Below are positions 9,612 through 17,320 of a DNA stretch of 64,000 nucleotides, piece after piece. Within the stretch, counting starts at the first letter, position 1; each line of letters starts with the position of its first letter. The DNA is taken from IMG/VR virus record IMGVR_UViG_3300029505_000002; one strand, 5' to 3'. The notes beneath the pieces are model-generated. The model ran no database searches, was not told where the DNA came from, and saw only the letters and a list, made by a program, of their open reading frames with translations. The position numbers were made by a program, and so were the translations under genes. The stretch comes from a virus (lineage: Duplodnaviria > Heunggongvirae > Uroviricota > Caudoviricetes).

Positions 9612-10575
9612 TTAAATTTATCCATCCTGTACTTAACGTATTACATAATTGGTTATATCTACAGCTTTTACATCTAAAGTTTTCATAAGTTTCACCATTT
9701 AAATATCTATTGCTTTCCATATTATTAATTAAATCATTATCATATAATAAATCTACTTCTTTTCTTGTAAGCTCAGTTTTAATGAAATTTCTTGGAGGAA
9801 TTAAAGACTTTTCTATTGCATGATCAATATTTTTCATATCTTCTACAACATCATATATGCTTATTTTCTTTTCATACTCTTCTTTATTTATAGTTAAAAT
9901 GTTTTTGTTAACGCCAAAGTTAAATTCTTTAATCATTTCAGAATTATTTTTTCCTACATATAAAACTTTAATAGGCATTTTTAAAATAAACATATCTAAA
10001 CATATTTCAGGAATATGAATATCCATTGGTTGTGGTTTCCAGTTACTCCATATTTTATTTCTAACTGTTGTTGCTGTATCATTTACAGGTTTTATTAATA
10101 AACCATATTCTCTATCCTCAATAGGATCATAAATAATTAAATCTTCAGTACTTTCAAAGTTTACTGTTGCATAATGTAATATTCTATGTTTTTCTTTTCT
10201 AGCTAATCCTGTATATAGAATTTTGTCTATCCATTGTTGTTTTACTAATTCATTTCTTTCTATACTTTCTATTTCTGATAACTGTCTATCTTCTGCTATA
10301 GCTCCAGTTATTTTAAAATATAATTCCCTTAAACAACTACCAAATCTTAATAAAGGTTCTTTATTTAAGTTTAATCCTATTTCATTAGCTTTAATAATTT
10401 TAGTTTCTTCAATAGTTCTTGGGTCTTCATTATTAAGATACTGTTTATCCATTTCATTATTAAGAGCATTAAATCTTATTTTATTAACATCTTGAATATA
10501 GTCAAATATACCCTTTACTGGATTTTCATTTGCTTTATCATATTCAATCATTTGTTTAATAATATTATTTTCCAT
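9598..10575 (-). CDS. putative Cas4/RecB-like PD-(D/E)xK nuclease with Fe-S cluster cysteines
   Basis: N-terminal Cys (FGSCLREL) plus C-terminal C-x2-C-x5-C (CKSCRYNQLC), typical of Cas4/AddB-type nucleases; gene follows the helicase with a 14-nt overlap. Confidence 0.4.
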   Translation of the reverse strand: MENNIIKQMIEYDKANENPVKGIFDYIQDVNKIRFNALNNEMDKQYLNNEDPRTIEETKIIKANEIGLNLNKEPLLRFGSCLRELYFKITGAIAEDRQLSEIESIERNELVKQQWIDKILYTGLARKEKHRILHYATVNFESTEDLIIYDPIEDREYGLLIKPVNDTATTVRNKIWSNWKPQPMDIHIPEICLDMFILKMPIKVLYVGKNNSEMIKEFNFGVNKNILTINKEEYEKKISIYDVVEDMKNIDHAIEKSLIPPRNFIKTELTRKEVDLLYDNDLINNMESNRYLNGETYENFRCKSCRYNQLCNTLSTGWINLNEPY

Positions 10576-10712
10576 TAAAAAATCATCTCCTTTTTGATTA
10601 AATTAATTAGTTGTGTTATAGTAATTTCTAGGTACTTCCTTTCATATAGTCATGACTTAACTTTCTTTCCTTTTAAAGTACCTTAATAATAACCTCCTTA
10701 TAATTATTAATG

Positions 10713-10742
10713 AAAAAGAGCCATTGAATGTGGCTCTTTTTT
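10713..10742 (-). terminator. rho-independent terminator after the RuvC-like gene
   Basis: agagccattgaatgtggctct hairpin flanked by A-run and T-run. Confidence 0.5.
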
Positions 10743-11328
10743 AGTATTCTTTTAATTTTTCTTTATTAAATATGCTTAATGCTAATATAATTGCATCAGA
10801 TTTATCATTATCTTTTGTAAAAGTTGTTAAATCTGCTTCAGGAAAGTTTTTCTTTACCCATTCAAAAGCAGTTTTTTTATCATTAGGTTTTATTTTCAAA
10901 AATGCTCTGCTAGAACTAGGAGTAACAAGTTTTAATGTTAACCCTTTTCCATATAGAATGTGTCCTATATATCCATGTAACCTTAGTAGGGTAACATTTG
11001 ACTTAGCACCAAACTTGCTCATAAAAGCGCTTTCTAATATTACTGTTTTTGGTCTATAGATATTTATAATCTTTTCTAACCATGTACTAATCTCTAAATT
11101 TCTTCCATAAAAACTTAAACTTCCAGAAGCTTTAAAACTATCTACATATAATAGTTTCTTAGTTTCTGTTGATATAATAGCAACGCCAGGACATGATTTA
11201 CTTAAGTCTAGTCCTAACACTATTTTATCGTTTAAGCTTTTTTCTAAATTCTTTATTCTGTTCTCTTCTTCTTCTATTTTGTTCCTCAGCGTATTTAATT
11301 CGTTGATAGTTGGCATTGTCTTCGTCAT
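10741..11328 (-). CDS. RuvC-like Holliday junction resolvase
   Basis: IVLGLDLSKSCPGVAII matches the RuvC N-terminal ILGIDPG..G.GVI catalytic Asp region; the start is uncertain because the N-terminal ~35 aa overlap the upstream ORF. Confidence 0.65.
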   Translation of the reverse strand: MTKTMPTINELNTLRNKIEEEENRIKNLEKSLNDKIVLGLDLSKSCPGVAIISTETKKLLYVDSFKASGSLSFYGRNLEISTWLEKIINIYRPKTVILESAFMSKFGAKSNVTLLRLHGYIGHILYGKGLTLKLVTPSSSRAFLKIKPNDKKTAFEWVKKNFPEADLTTFTKDNDKSDAIILALSIFNKEKLKEY

Positions 11329-11698
11329 TTCCTTTTTCTAATATTTCTAATATTCCAGCTTGTTCAAAGATGTCTAAAAGTTCTGATAAGCTTGGAAAAT
11401 CTTGATCACTAAATCTTATAAGTTTAATTTTTCCTAAGGTGTTGAATAGTTCTCTTTCAACATCATTTTTTTTATATTTTAAAAGTTGTTCAGTAGTTTT
11501 GAAAAAGAAGCCATCAGCTTTATCTATAGCGTGTTGGCTTCCATCACATTCAATTACAACTGGAGGAAAAGAGGTAAAATAAAAATCATACCTCTTATTT
11601 CCTTCTACCAATTCTTCTATAAGTTCAACATTATAAGATTTAGATATTTTCTTCAAAAGTTTATTCATATGTATTTGAGCTTTAGATAGCATTTTCAT
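11225..11698 (-). CDS. hypothetical protein with basic C-terminus
   Basis: 157-aa ORF; 104-nt overlap with the RuvC-like ORF suggests one of the two starts is mis-set. Confidence 0.4.
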   Translation of the reverse strand: MKMLSKAQIHMNKLLKKISKSYNVELIEELVEGNKRYDFYFTSFPPVVIECDGSQHAIDKADGFFFKTTEQLLKYKKNDVERELFNTLGKIKLIRFSDQDFPSLSELLDIFEQAGILEILEKGNDEDNANYQRIKYAEEQNRRRREQNKEFRKKLKR

Positions 11699-12839
11699 AT
11701 CCTTCTAATGTAGTTGGATCTATTTCTTCTAAAATACCACTCAACGAATCTATTAATACACTTATAGATTTAAAATCATCATAAGTCCATTTATAGCTTT
11801 TATTATTCTTTAACATAGATAAAGACATAATTACTGTACTTGCTTTTTCTATATAAGGAGTAACAGATTTTTCTGTTTTTACAGATTCTTTTATTTCTTC
11901 ATTTATTTTATCTTGTTCAGCTAAATCTTCTATTATATCATTAGCTTCACTTTGAATTTCAGGATATTCTCTATTACTATAATCAGCAATACCATTTCTA
12001 TCTATAACATCTTCTGAGTCTATTTTTTCAAATTGGTCAAAATATTCTTTTTTATCTTTAGCTTCAAGTGAATCCATATAAGTTTCATCAGCCTCTTGTT
12101 GTCTTTTTCTTTCTACTAAAACTTCATCAAAATCTTTTCCCTCTTTGAAATATTTAATAGCTTCTCTTAAATCATTTCTAGATAGTGAAGCGTATTTGTT
12201 ATAGAACTGTTTTAAAATAATTTTAGATTCTTCTGTTACACTTCCTGGGATTTCTTGTAAATGAATTACTAAAGAATAAAGCTCATCTATAGTACCAGTT
12301 TGTTTAATTGTTACTTCATCGTCTTCTAATATTTCTTTATGGAACAATACCCAGTTGAATAAACTTCTAGCTCTTCTAGGATCTATTTTACATTTCTTTA
12401 TAAAAGATACAAGACTTGTTGTGGGAGCTAATTTAATTGCTTTTACATACATATTATAAATCCAGTTAGCAATATCATATTCACTTAATCTTTCTCCATG
12501 ATTTACATTTTCATTAAAAGCATCTGTTTCCAAAGCTTCCATAGAATTATATTCTGTAATGTAAGCTTTAATGCTTTCTAATTCTAATGCTCTTGCCGCA
12601 GCAAATCTATGATATCCATCTACTATAATAATTTTTCCATCAAATAACCCTAAATGAATTTCTGGAAACATTCCTTCTGAAGCTACTAATTTATCAACAT
12701 TGTCCATATTTAATCCTCTTCTTGGATTAATATTAATTTCGTCACTAATAGCATCTAATTTTACATCACATATTTTCTTATCATTAATTGTTGAAATTTC
12801 CATTTCATTTACTTCCATTCCTTTTTCAATTGTTATCAT
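11682..12839 (-). CDS. ParB-like nuclease domain protein
   Basis: IIIVDGYHRFAAARAL resembles the ParB/Srx fold signature DG.HR..A. Confidence 0.55.
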   Translation of the reverse strand: MITIEKGMEVNEMEISTINDKKICDVKLDAISDEININPRRGLNMDNVDKLVASEGMFPEIHLGLFDGKIIIVDGYHRFAAARALELESIKAYITEYNSMEALETDAFNENVNHGERLSEYDIANWIYNMYVKAIKLAPTTSLVSFIKKCKIDPRRARSLFNWVLFHKEILEDDEVTIKQTGTIDELYSLVIHLQEIPGSVTEESKIILKQFYNKYASLSRNDLREAIKYFKEGKDFDEVLVERKRQQEADETYMDSLEAKDKKEYFDQFEKIDSEDVIDRNGIADYSNREYPEIQSEANDIIEDLAEQDKINEEIKESVKTEKSVTPYIEKASTVIMSLSMLKNNKSYKWTYDDFKSISVLIDSLSGILEEIDPTTLEGYENAI

Positions 12840-12862
12840 TTATATCCTCTCCTTATATATTA

Positions 12863-13207
12863 TTAATCGTTTAATTGATTCCATTTTCCATGTACTATTT
12901 GAAAGTTATCTTCTAAAATAGTCTTGCAAGCATTTAATAGTCCATCAATAGTATTTTCAAAATTTAATGTTATTGCATTTTCAAATTTACTATTGCTCCC
13001 TATACTATATATAGAAAATATTTCTTTTTTATTTTTAGACAATAGTTCTTCTATTTCTTCTTCTGTTGCTATAGCTATTTTGTTCATACTTCTAGTTAAA
13101 GTCTGATTTTTATATATATCTAACATATCCATTAAATTAGAATTTATAAATTCATCATATATTTTTTCTATAAAATCCATATTTTTACCAGTTAACAATA
13201 CTATCAT
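12863..13207 (-). CDS. hypothetical protein
   Basis: 114-aa co-oriented ORF. Confidence 0.4.
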   Translation of the reverse strand: MIVLLTGKNMDFIEKIYDEFINSNLMDMLDIYKNQTLTRSMNKIAIATEEEIEELLSKNKKEIFSIYSIGSNSKFENAITLNFENTIDGLLNACKTILEDNFQIVHGKWNQLND

Positions 13208-13643
13208 CTATTTTTTCCTCCGTATAATATTTAAATATCATTTTAGTAATAAAATCAGCATTAAATTTATAAGACTTCTCTATATAGTAATTACCAAAAA
13301 TAGGTTCTATATATTCTAATAAAATAGATTCTTCTCTTATATAATCTACAATTTCTTCTATTTCATTAAGAATAGTTTTACTAAAATTATTGTTGCTAAA
13401 AAACTTATTAAAATTTCTTTGAGCAAGTCTTTTGTCTTTATCTGTATATTCCTCACATTCTTCATGAAGGTTATAATACATAACTGGATCAGTTTTTAAT
13501 ACTCTAAAATAAATATAATCTATACATCCATCATAAGCATCATTATTGCTTTTGATAAGAGTAAATAGATTATCTAACTGTTCATTATTCTTATTTCCTA
13601 CACTATTAATAGAACTTTTTTTTCTTATTCTCTTTCTAGCCAT
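13185..13643 (-). CDS. hypothetical protein
   Basis: 152-aa co-oriented ORF. Confidence 0.4.
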   Translation of the reverse strand: MARKRIRKKSSINSVGNKNNEQLDNLFTLIKSNNDAYDGCIDYIYFRVLKTDPVMYYNLHEECEEYTDKDKRLAQRNFNKFFSNNNFSKTILNEIEEIVDYIREESILLEYIEPIFGNYYIEKSYKFNADFITKMIFKYYTEEKIDDSIVNW

Positions 13644-13650
13644 TACTCCC

Positions 13651-14259
13651 CTACCTTATAGTATCTATTATTTTTTTTAACTCATTCAATATAAAAATAT
13701 TGTCAAAGGTAATATATTCAACTCCTTGCTCTTTATTTTCAGGAATTTCTTTTACCAATTTATATGTTATTCCAATTCTATTATTTTGTACGACTTCATT
13801 CAAATTTATTCCTATGTTTTGTGTAATAGCTTTATTAAAATTTGATTTACTTCTTAACTCTGGAATCTTATATATTAAAAATTTAATTAAAGATTTATAT
13901 TCTTCCATATCCTTCTTATATTTTTCTAACACAGATTGATTATTAGAATATAAAGTAGCACTTAATTGAGTAATAGTAGGTCCACATACTACAAATCTAT
14001 TAGTGGAAGTTTTTATATATTCAATATTATTTTCTGTATATTTAACTCCCTTTTTAGAAGCTATTTGATGATTAAATATAATTTTTTTAAAAGTACAATC
14101 TATTATTCCTATATAATCAGTCATTTTTATTTTAGAAGCATATATATCTTCAAGTGTAGTTATATTACAATATTTAAACTTTAATCCCATAGCATCATTT
14201 ATAGTTTCTTTATCAACAGCCTTATTCGTTTCAAATATTATTAATATTTTTTCTTCCAT
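13651..14259 (-). CDS. hypothetical protein
   Basis: 202-aa co-oriented ORF. Confidence 0.45.
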   Translation of the reverse strand: MEEKILIIFETNKAVDKETINDAMGLKFKYCNITTLEDIYASKIKMTDYIGIIDCTFKKIIFNHQIASKKGVKYTENNIEYIKTSTNRFVVCGPTITQLSATLYSNNQSVLEKYKKDMEEYKSLIKFLIYKIPELRSKSNFNKAITQNIGINLNEVVQNNRIGITYKLVKEIPENKEQGVEYITFDNIFILNELKKIIDTIR

Positions 14260-14312
14260 GCAATTCCTCCATTGTAAAAAAATAGGGAGTGAATTAACAC
14301 TCCCTAAAAATA

Positions 14313-14918
14313 TTATAAAGATAAATCTGGAAATTCCTCATTGTTTGCTGTTTCCATATCTTCTGGAGAAGCATTTTTATTATATTCATTTATTTGTCCT
14401 TGTGAAGTTTCATTATTTTGAGTATATCCATTGTTATATCCAGAATTATTATTTCCTACATATCCATTATCTGCTGGTTTTGAATATCCATTATTATATC
14501 CACCATTGTTATTACCATAACTATTATTATTTTTATAACCATTATTAGAAGATTTATTATATCCACTATTGTTGTTGTATCCATTGTTAGTTCCAGTATT
14601 ATTGTTATTTTCACTCATAATGCAAACGTTATAATCTGGTTGAGTAGGATTTTGTTTGAAATCATTATGATAAATCAAGTAGTTTTTTCCATCTAAATTC
14701 ATTGATAATACTTCTCTACCATTTTTCATTTTTCTCCAAATAGCTCCAACTTTAGTTAATCTTCCATTATTATTCCCATTATTATTGCTGTTGTTATATC
14801 CATTGTTGTTGTTTTCATAGTTAGATTTTCTATAATTATTGTTTCCACCTCCATTTCTTCCGTTGTTGTTATAGTTATTTCCCCCATTATTTCCGTTATT
14901 ATAGTTGTTATATGACAT
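14313..14918 (-). CDS. Asn/Gly/Tyr-rich low-complexity protein with DUF736-like core
   Basis: N- and C-terminal N/G/Y repeats (prion-like composition) flank a ~50-aa core (GAIWRK..G.EVLSMNLDG...HNDFKQNPTQPDY) that recalls DUF736 by memory only; acidic C-terminal tip EEFPDLSL. Confidence 0.45.
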   Translation of the reverse strand: MSYNNYNNGNNGGNNYNNNGRNGGGNNNYRKSNYENNNNGYNNSNNNGNNNGRLTKVGAIWRKMKNGREVLSMNLDGKNYLIYHNDFKQNPTQPDYNVCIMSENNNNTGTNNGYNNNSGYNKSSNNGYKNNNSYGNNNGGYNNGYSKPADNGYVGNNNSGYNNGYTQNNETSQGQINEYNKNASPEDMETANNEEFPDLSL

Positions 14919-14939
14919 ATTATTTTCCTCCTTTAATTA

Positions 14940-16322
14940 TTAAGCTATTTCTTCTATTCCTTCATTTTGAGCTTCTATTATTGCTTTTTTCATTTTTGTT
15001 TCTACTTCTTTTTCTTTTTCTTCTAGTATTTTTTGTTGTTCTTCATAAGACATTAGATTAAATTTACCTAAATCATAATCTTCTTGTGATAAGAAATCTT
15101 CAGGTCCTTTTTCGATTATTTCAAATTCAATTTTATCTTTTTCATCTATAAGTTCAGGTTTATTTATAACTATTAACTTTTCCATTTTTCTTTTCTTCAT
15201 AGATTGATTTTCTTTTTTTATCAAATCTACTATTGAATCATATTTAGCTATAAATAGTTCTGGTGGTAATCCTTTTGCATATATTTGAAGTTTTAGATAA
15301 GAGTATAAATCTAGATCTTTAGTAAGTTCAACTACTACGTTTTTCTCGCCTTGCACTTTTTTTATTTCTCCATTCCCATTTACAAACTCAAACCAAGCTC
15401 CACCTTTTTTGATAAGTTTATAAGCTATTGCATAACCTATACACTCTTTAATCTTTTCAACTCCTTGTTTTTTAGCTCTATCAGAGTTAATATATGTAAA
15501 TGTTTCTCTATAAGGTTCAGACATTTTGCTTTTATCATTTTTAATCTTACAGTATTGAGTTGTGATTTTATCATTTTCAAACTCATCTTTCTCTTTATCA
15601 TTATTAGCTGATACTTTAGATAATTGAACTACTGAAGAAGGGTAATATCTCATTGCTTTTCCACCACTTCTTCCTTTTGGTTTAGCAATCATTCCCATAA
15701 ATTCTGTTCTCTCTTGTTGAATAAAAATTGCTGACATTTGAAATTCTGCAAGAAAAGAAGTTAGTTTAGGCAATGCTCTTGAAAGTATTCTTGCTTTTTC
15801 CATCATTACTGCTTCATCTAATCCTTTTTCAGATTCTTTTTCTGAAATCATAGAATCAACAGAATCTATAATAAGATAATCAAATAATCCTTCACTTATA
15901 TATTCAAAAGCTTTATCTAATGCTTTTTCCATAATTCCTTCTTTGATAAAAAGAATATTTTTAGGATTAATATTAGGAATTCTGTTCAAGAAATTCTTAT
16001 CTACAGTTTGTTCAGCATCTATATAAAGAATCATTGCATCTGGTTCTTGCATTTGAATCCCAGCTATAGATTCAAGAGTAATAGTAGATTTTCCACTTCC
16101 TTCTGAACCATAAATAACTGATATAGTACCCTTTTTAATACCATTAGTATTTAAATCAATTCCTAGAACTCCTGTTAACATAAAGTTATCTAAACCAGTT
16201 ATCTTAAAATCTTCCAATGATCCTATATGAAGTTCTTCGTCTAGTTTTGCTGCTAATTTCTTTTCTCCTTCGATCATTTTTTGCAGCTTTTCCATTCTTT
16301 CTGCTCTGCTTAATTTAGCCAT
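14940..16322 (-). CDS. RecA-family recombinase (RecA/UvsX-like, extended C-terminus)
   Basis: GLDNFMLTGVLGIDL..GTISVIYGSEGSGKSTITL aligns with the RecA LSTGS.ALD..LG.GG.P.GRIVEIYGPESSGKTT signature; DAE(Q/H) follows. Confidence 0.75.
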   Translation of the reverse strand: MAKLSRAERMEKLQKMIEGEKKLAAKLDEELHIGSLEDFKITGLDNFMLTGVLGIDLNTNGIKKGTISVIYGSEGSGKSTITLESIAGIQMQEPDAMILYIDAEQTVDKNFLNRIPNINPKNILFIKEGIMEKALDKAFEYISEGLFDYLIIDSVDSMISEKESEKGLDEAVMMEKARILSRALPKLTSFLAEFQMSAIFIQQERTEFMGMIAKPKGRSGGKAMRYYPSSVVQLSKVSANNDKEKDEFENDKITTQYCKIKNDKSKMSEPYRETFTYINSDRAKKQGVEKIKECIGYAIAYKLIKKGGAWFEFVNGNGEIKKVQGEKNVVVELTKDLDLYSYLKLQIYAKGLPPELFIAKYDSIVDLIKKENQSMKKRKMEKLIVINKPELIDEKDKIEFEIIEKGPEDFLSQEDYDLGKFNLMSYEEQQKILEEKEKEVETKMKKAIIEAQNEGIEEIA

Positions 16323-16335
16323 TTCTAATCACTCC

Positions 16336-16560
16336 TTAAAATGTATATACCCATTTATCAATATCTTGTATATATTTCCAAGTATCGTAATCTGATTTAA
16401 CTTTTTCTTCTAAAATATCAAGAACATCTTCTACATTTAAATCTTGTAAATACCATACTTTCATATCTCTTTCATTATCTTCAAAATGAAAACAGCCACT
16501 ATTCTTTGCTTCTTCCAAAGAACTAAAACCATTTTCTTCTAAAAAATCTTTTAATAACAT
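16336..16560 (-). CDS. hypothetical protein
   Basis: 74-aa ORF. Confidence 0.35.
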   Translation of the reverse strand: MLLKDFLEENGFSSLEEAKNSGCFHFEDNERDMKVWYLQDLNVEDVLDILEEKVKSDYDTWKYIQDIDKWVYTF

Positions 16561-16625
16561 TTTTTCATCTCCTTCTTATAGTCTATATATTTTAAGTTGT
16601 TTAAACTTAGTAGCCAATTTTGCTA

Positions 16626-17267
16626 TTACTTTCTAAGAAGTTCGTTTATATACTTTGTTCCACGTCTTGTATAACATTTTTTACAAGTAATACAACTTAG
16701 ACCTGCACAGTTTATTTTTCCGCATGCGGAATTTTGATCTGAATAAACTGTAAATACTTTGTCAAAGTAATCTAACACTTCTTGGTTTTGTATCTTAACA
16801 TTAATTATCGGACTTGAAGCTATATAAATAATATTCTTTAATTTTGAATATTTCATTATCAAGTCATAACGTTTAGTCATTAAACAAAAAGTTGTTTGTG
16901 GATTATGTTTTGCTATATTTAAAAAATTTTGTACATGAATATCGTTTACAAATTCTCCAAAGCTATGAAATCTAACATAAGAGTTATTAAGAAAAGGTAT
17001 TTCTTCTTCTGTTAAGAGTTTTTTAGTTAATATATCTGTATTGTTTTTTAAACAACCTTCTAATTGCTTTCTTAATTTTTCATTCTTTTCTGCATAGCAA
17101 AGTTCACAAACACTTTTTTTTTCTCTGTCTCTTCTTGCTAAATTTCTTTTTCCCATTTCATTACAAAATTCATTACATAGTGTAGAAGTGTTAATACTTA
17201 CAATATGTTTTAATTTTCCGTCTGTATGAGTAGTAATATGTAATTGTCCTTTAATCAATCTAATCAA
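16626..17267 (-). CDS. hypothetical Cys-rich protein
   Basis: 213 aa with many Cys (CNEFCNEM, CELCY, CAGLSCITCKKC); contains palindrome copy 2 in its 3' end. Confidence 0.45.
   Translation of the reverse strand: MIRLIKGQLHITTHTDGKLKHIVSINTSTLCNEFCNEMGKRNLARRDREKKSVCELCYAEKNEKLRKQLEGCLKNNTDILTKKLLTEEEIPFLNNSYVRFHSFGEFVNDIHVQNFLNIAKHNPQTTFCLMTKRYDLIMKYSKLKNIIYIASSPIINVKIQNQEVLDYFDKVFTVYSDQNSACGKINCAGLSCITCKKCYTRRGTKYINELLRK
16718..16731. repeat. copy 2 of palindrome TTCCGCATGCGGAA (minus orientation of the extended motif), inside a CDS
   Basis: identical 14-mer; encodes N-S-A-C-G in the host ORF. Confidence 0.7.
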
Positions 17268-17284
17268 CTCCTTTTTTAATATAA

Positions 17285-17313
17285 AAAAAGACGTAGAAAT
17301 TAATCTACGCCTT
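17285..17313 (-). terminator. rho-independent terminator after the primase-helicase gene (hairpin family with AATTAA loop)
   Basis: aaaaaaagacgtagaaattaatctacgcct; T-run on the minus strand. Confidence 0.55.
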
Positions 17314-17320
17314 ATAATTG

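Noticed and set aside
11225-11328. Programmed overlap or fusion of 11225..11698 with the RuvC-like gene.
   Set aside because: The 104-nt overlap is more simply explained by an over-extended N-terminus of the RuvC-like ORF, since the catalytic domain starts ~35 aa downstream of the track start.
16626-17267. Radical-SAM enzyme call for the Cys-rich 213-aa protein.
   Set aside because: It has CxxxC pairs but no canonical CxxxCxxC triad, and no SAM-binding glycine-rich motif could be seen.
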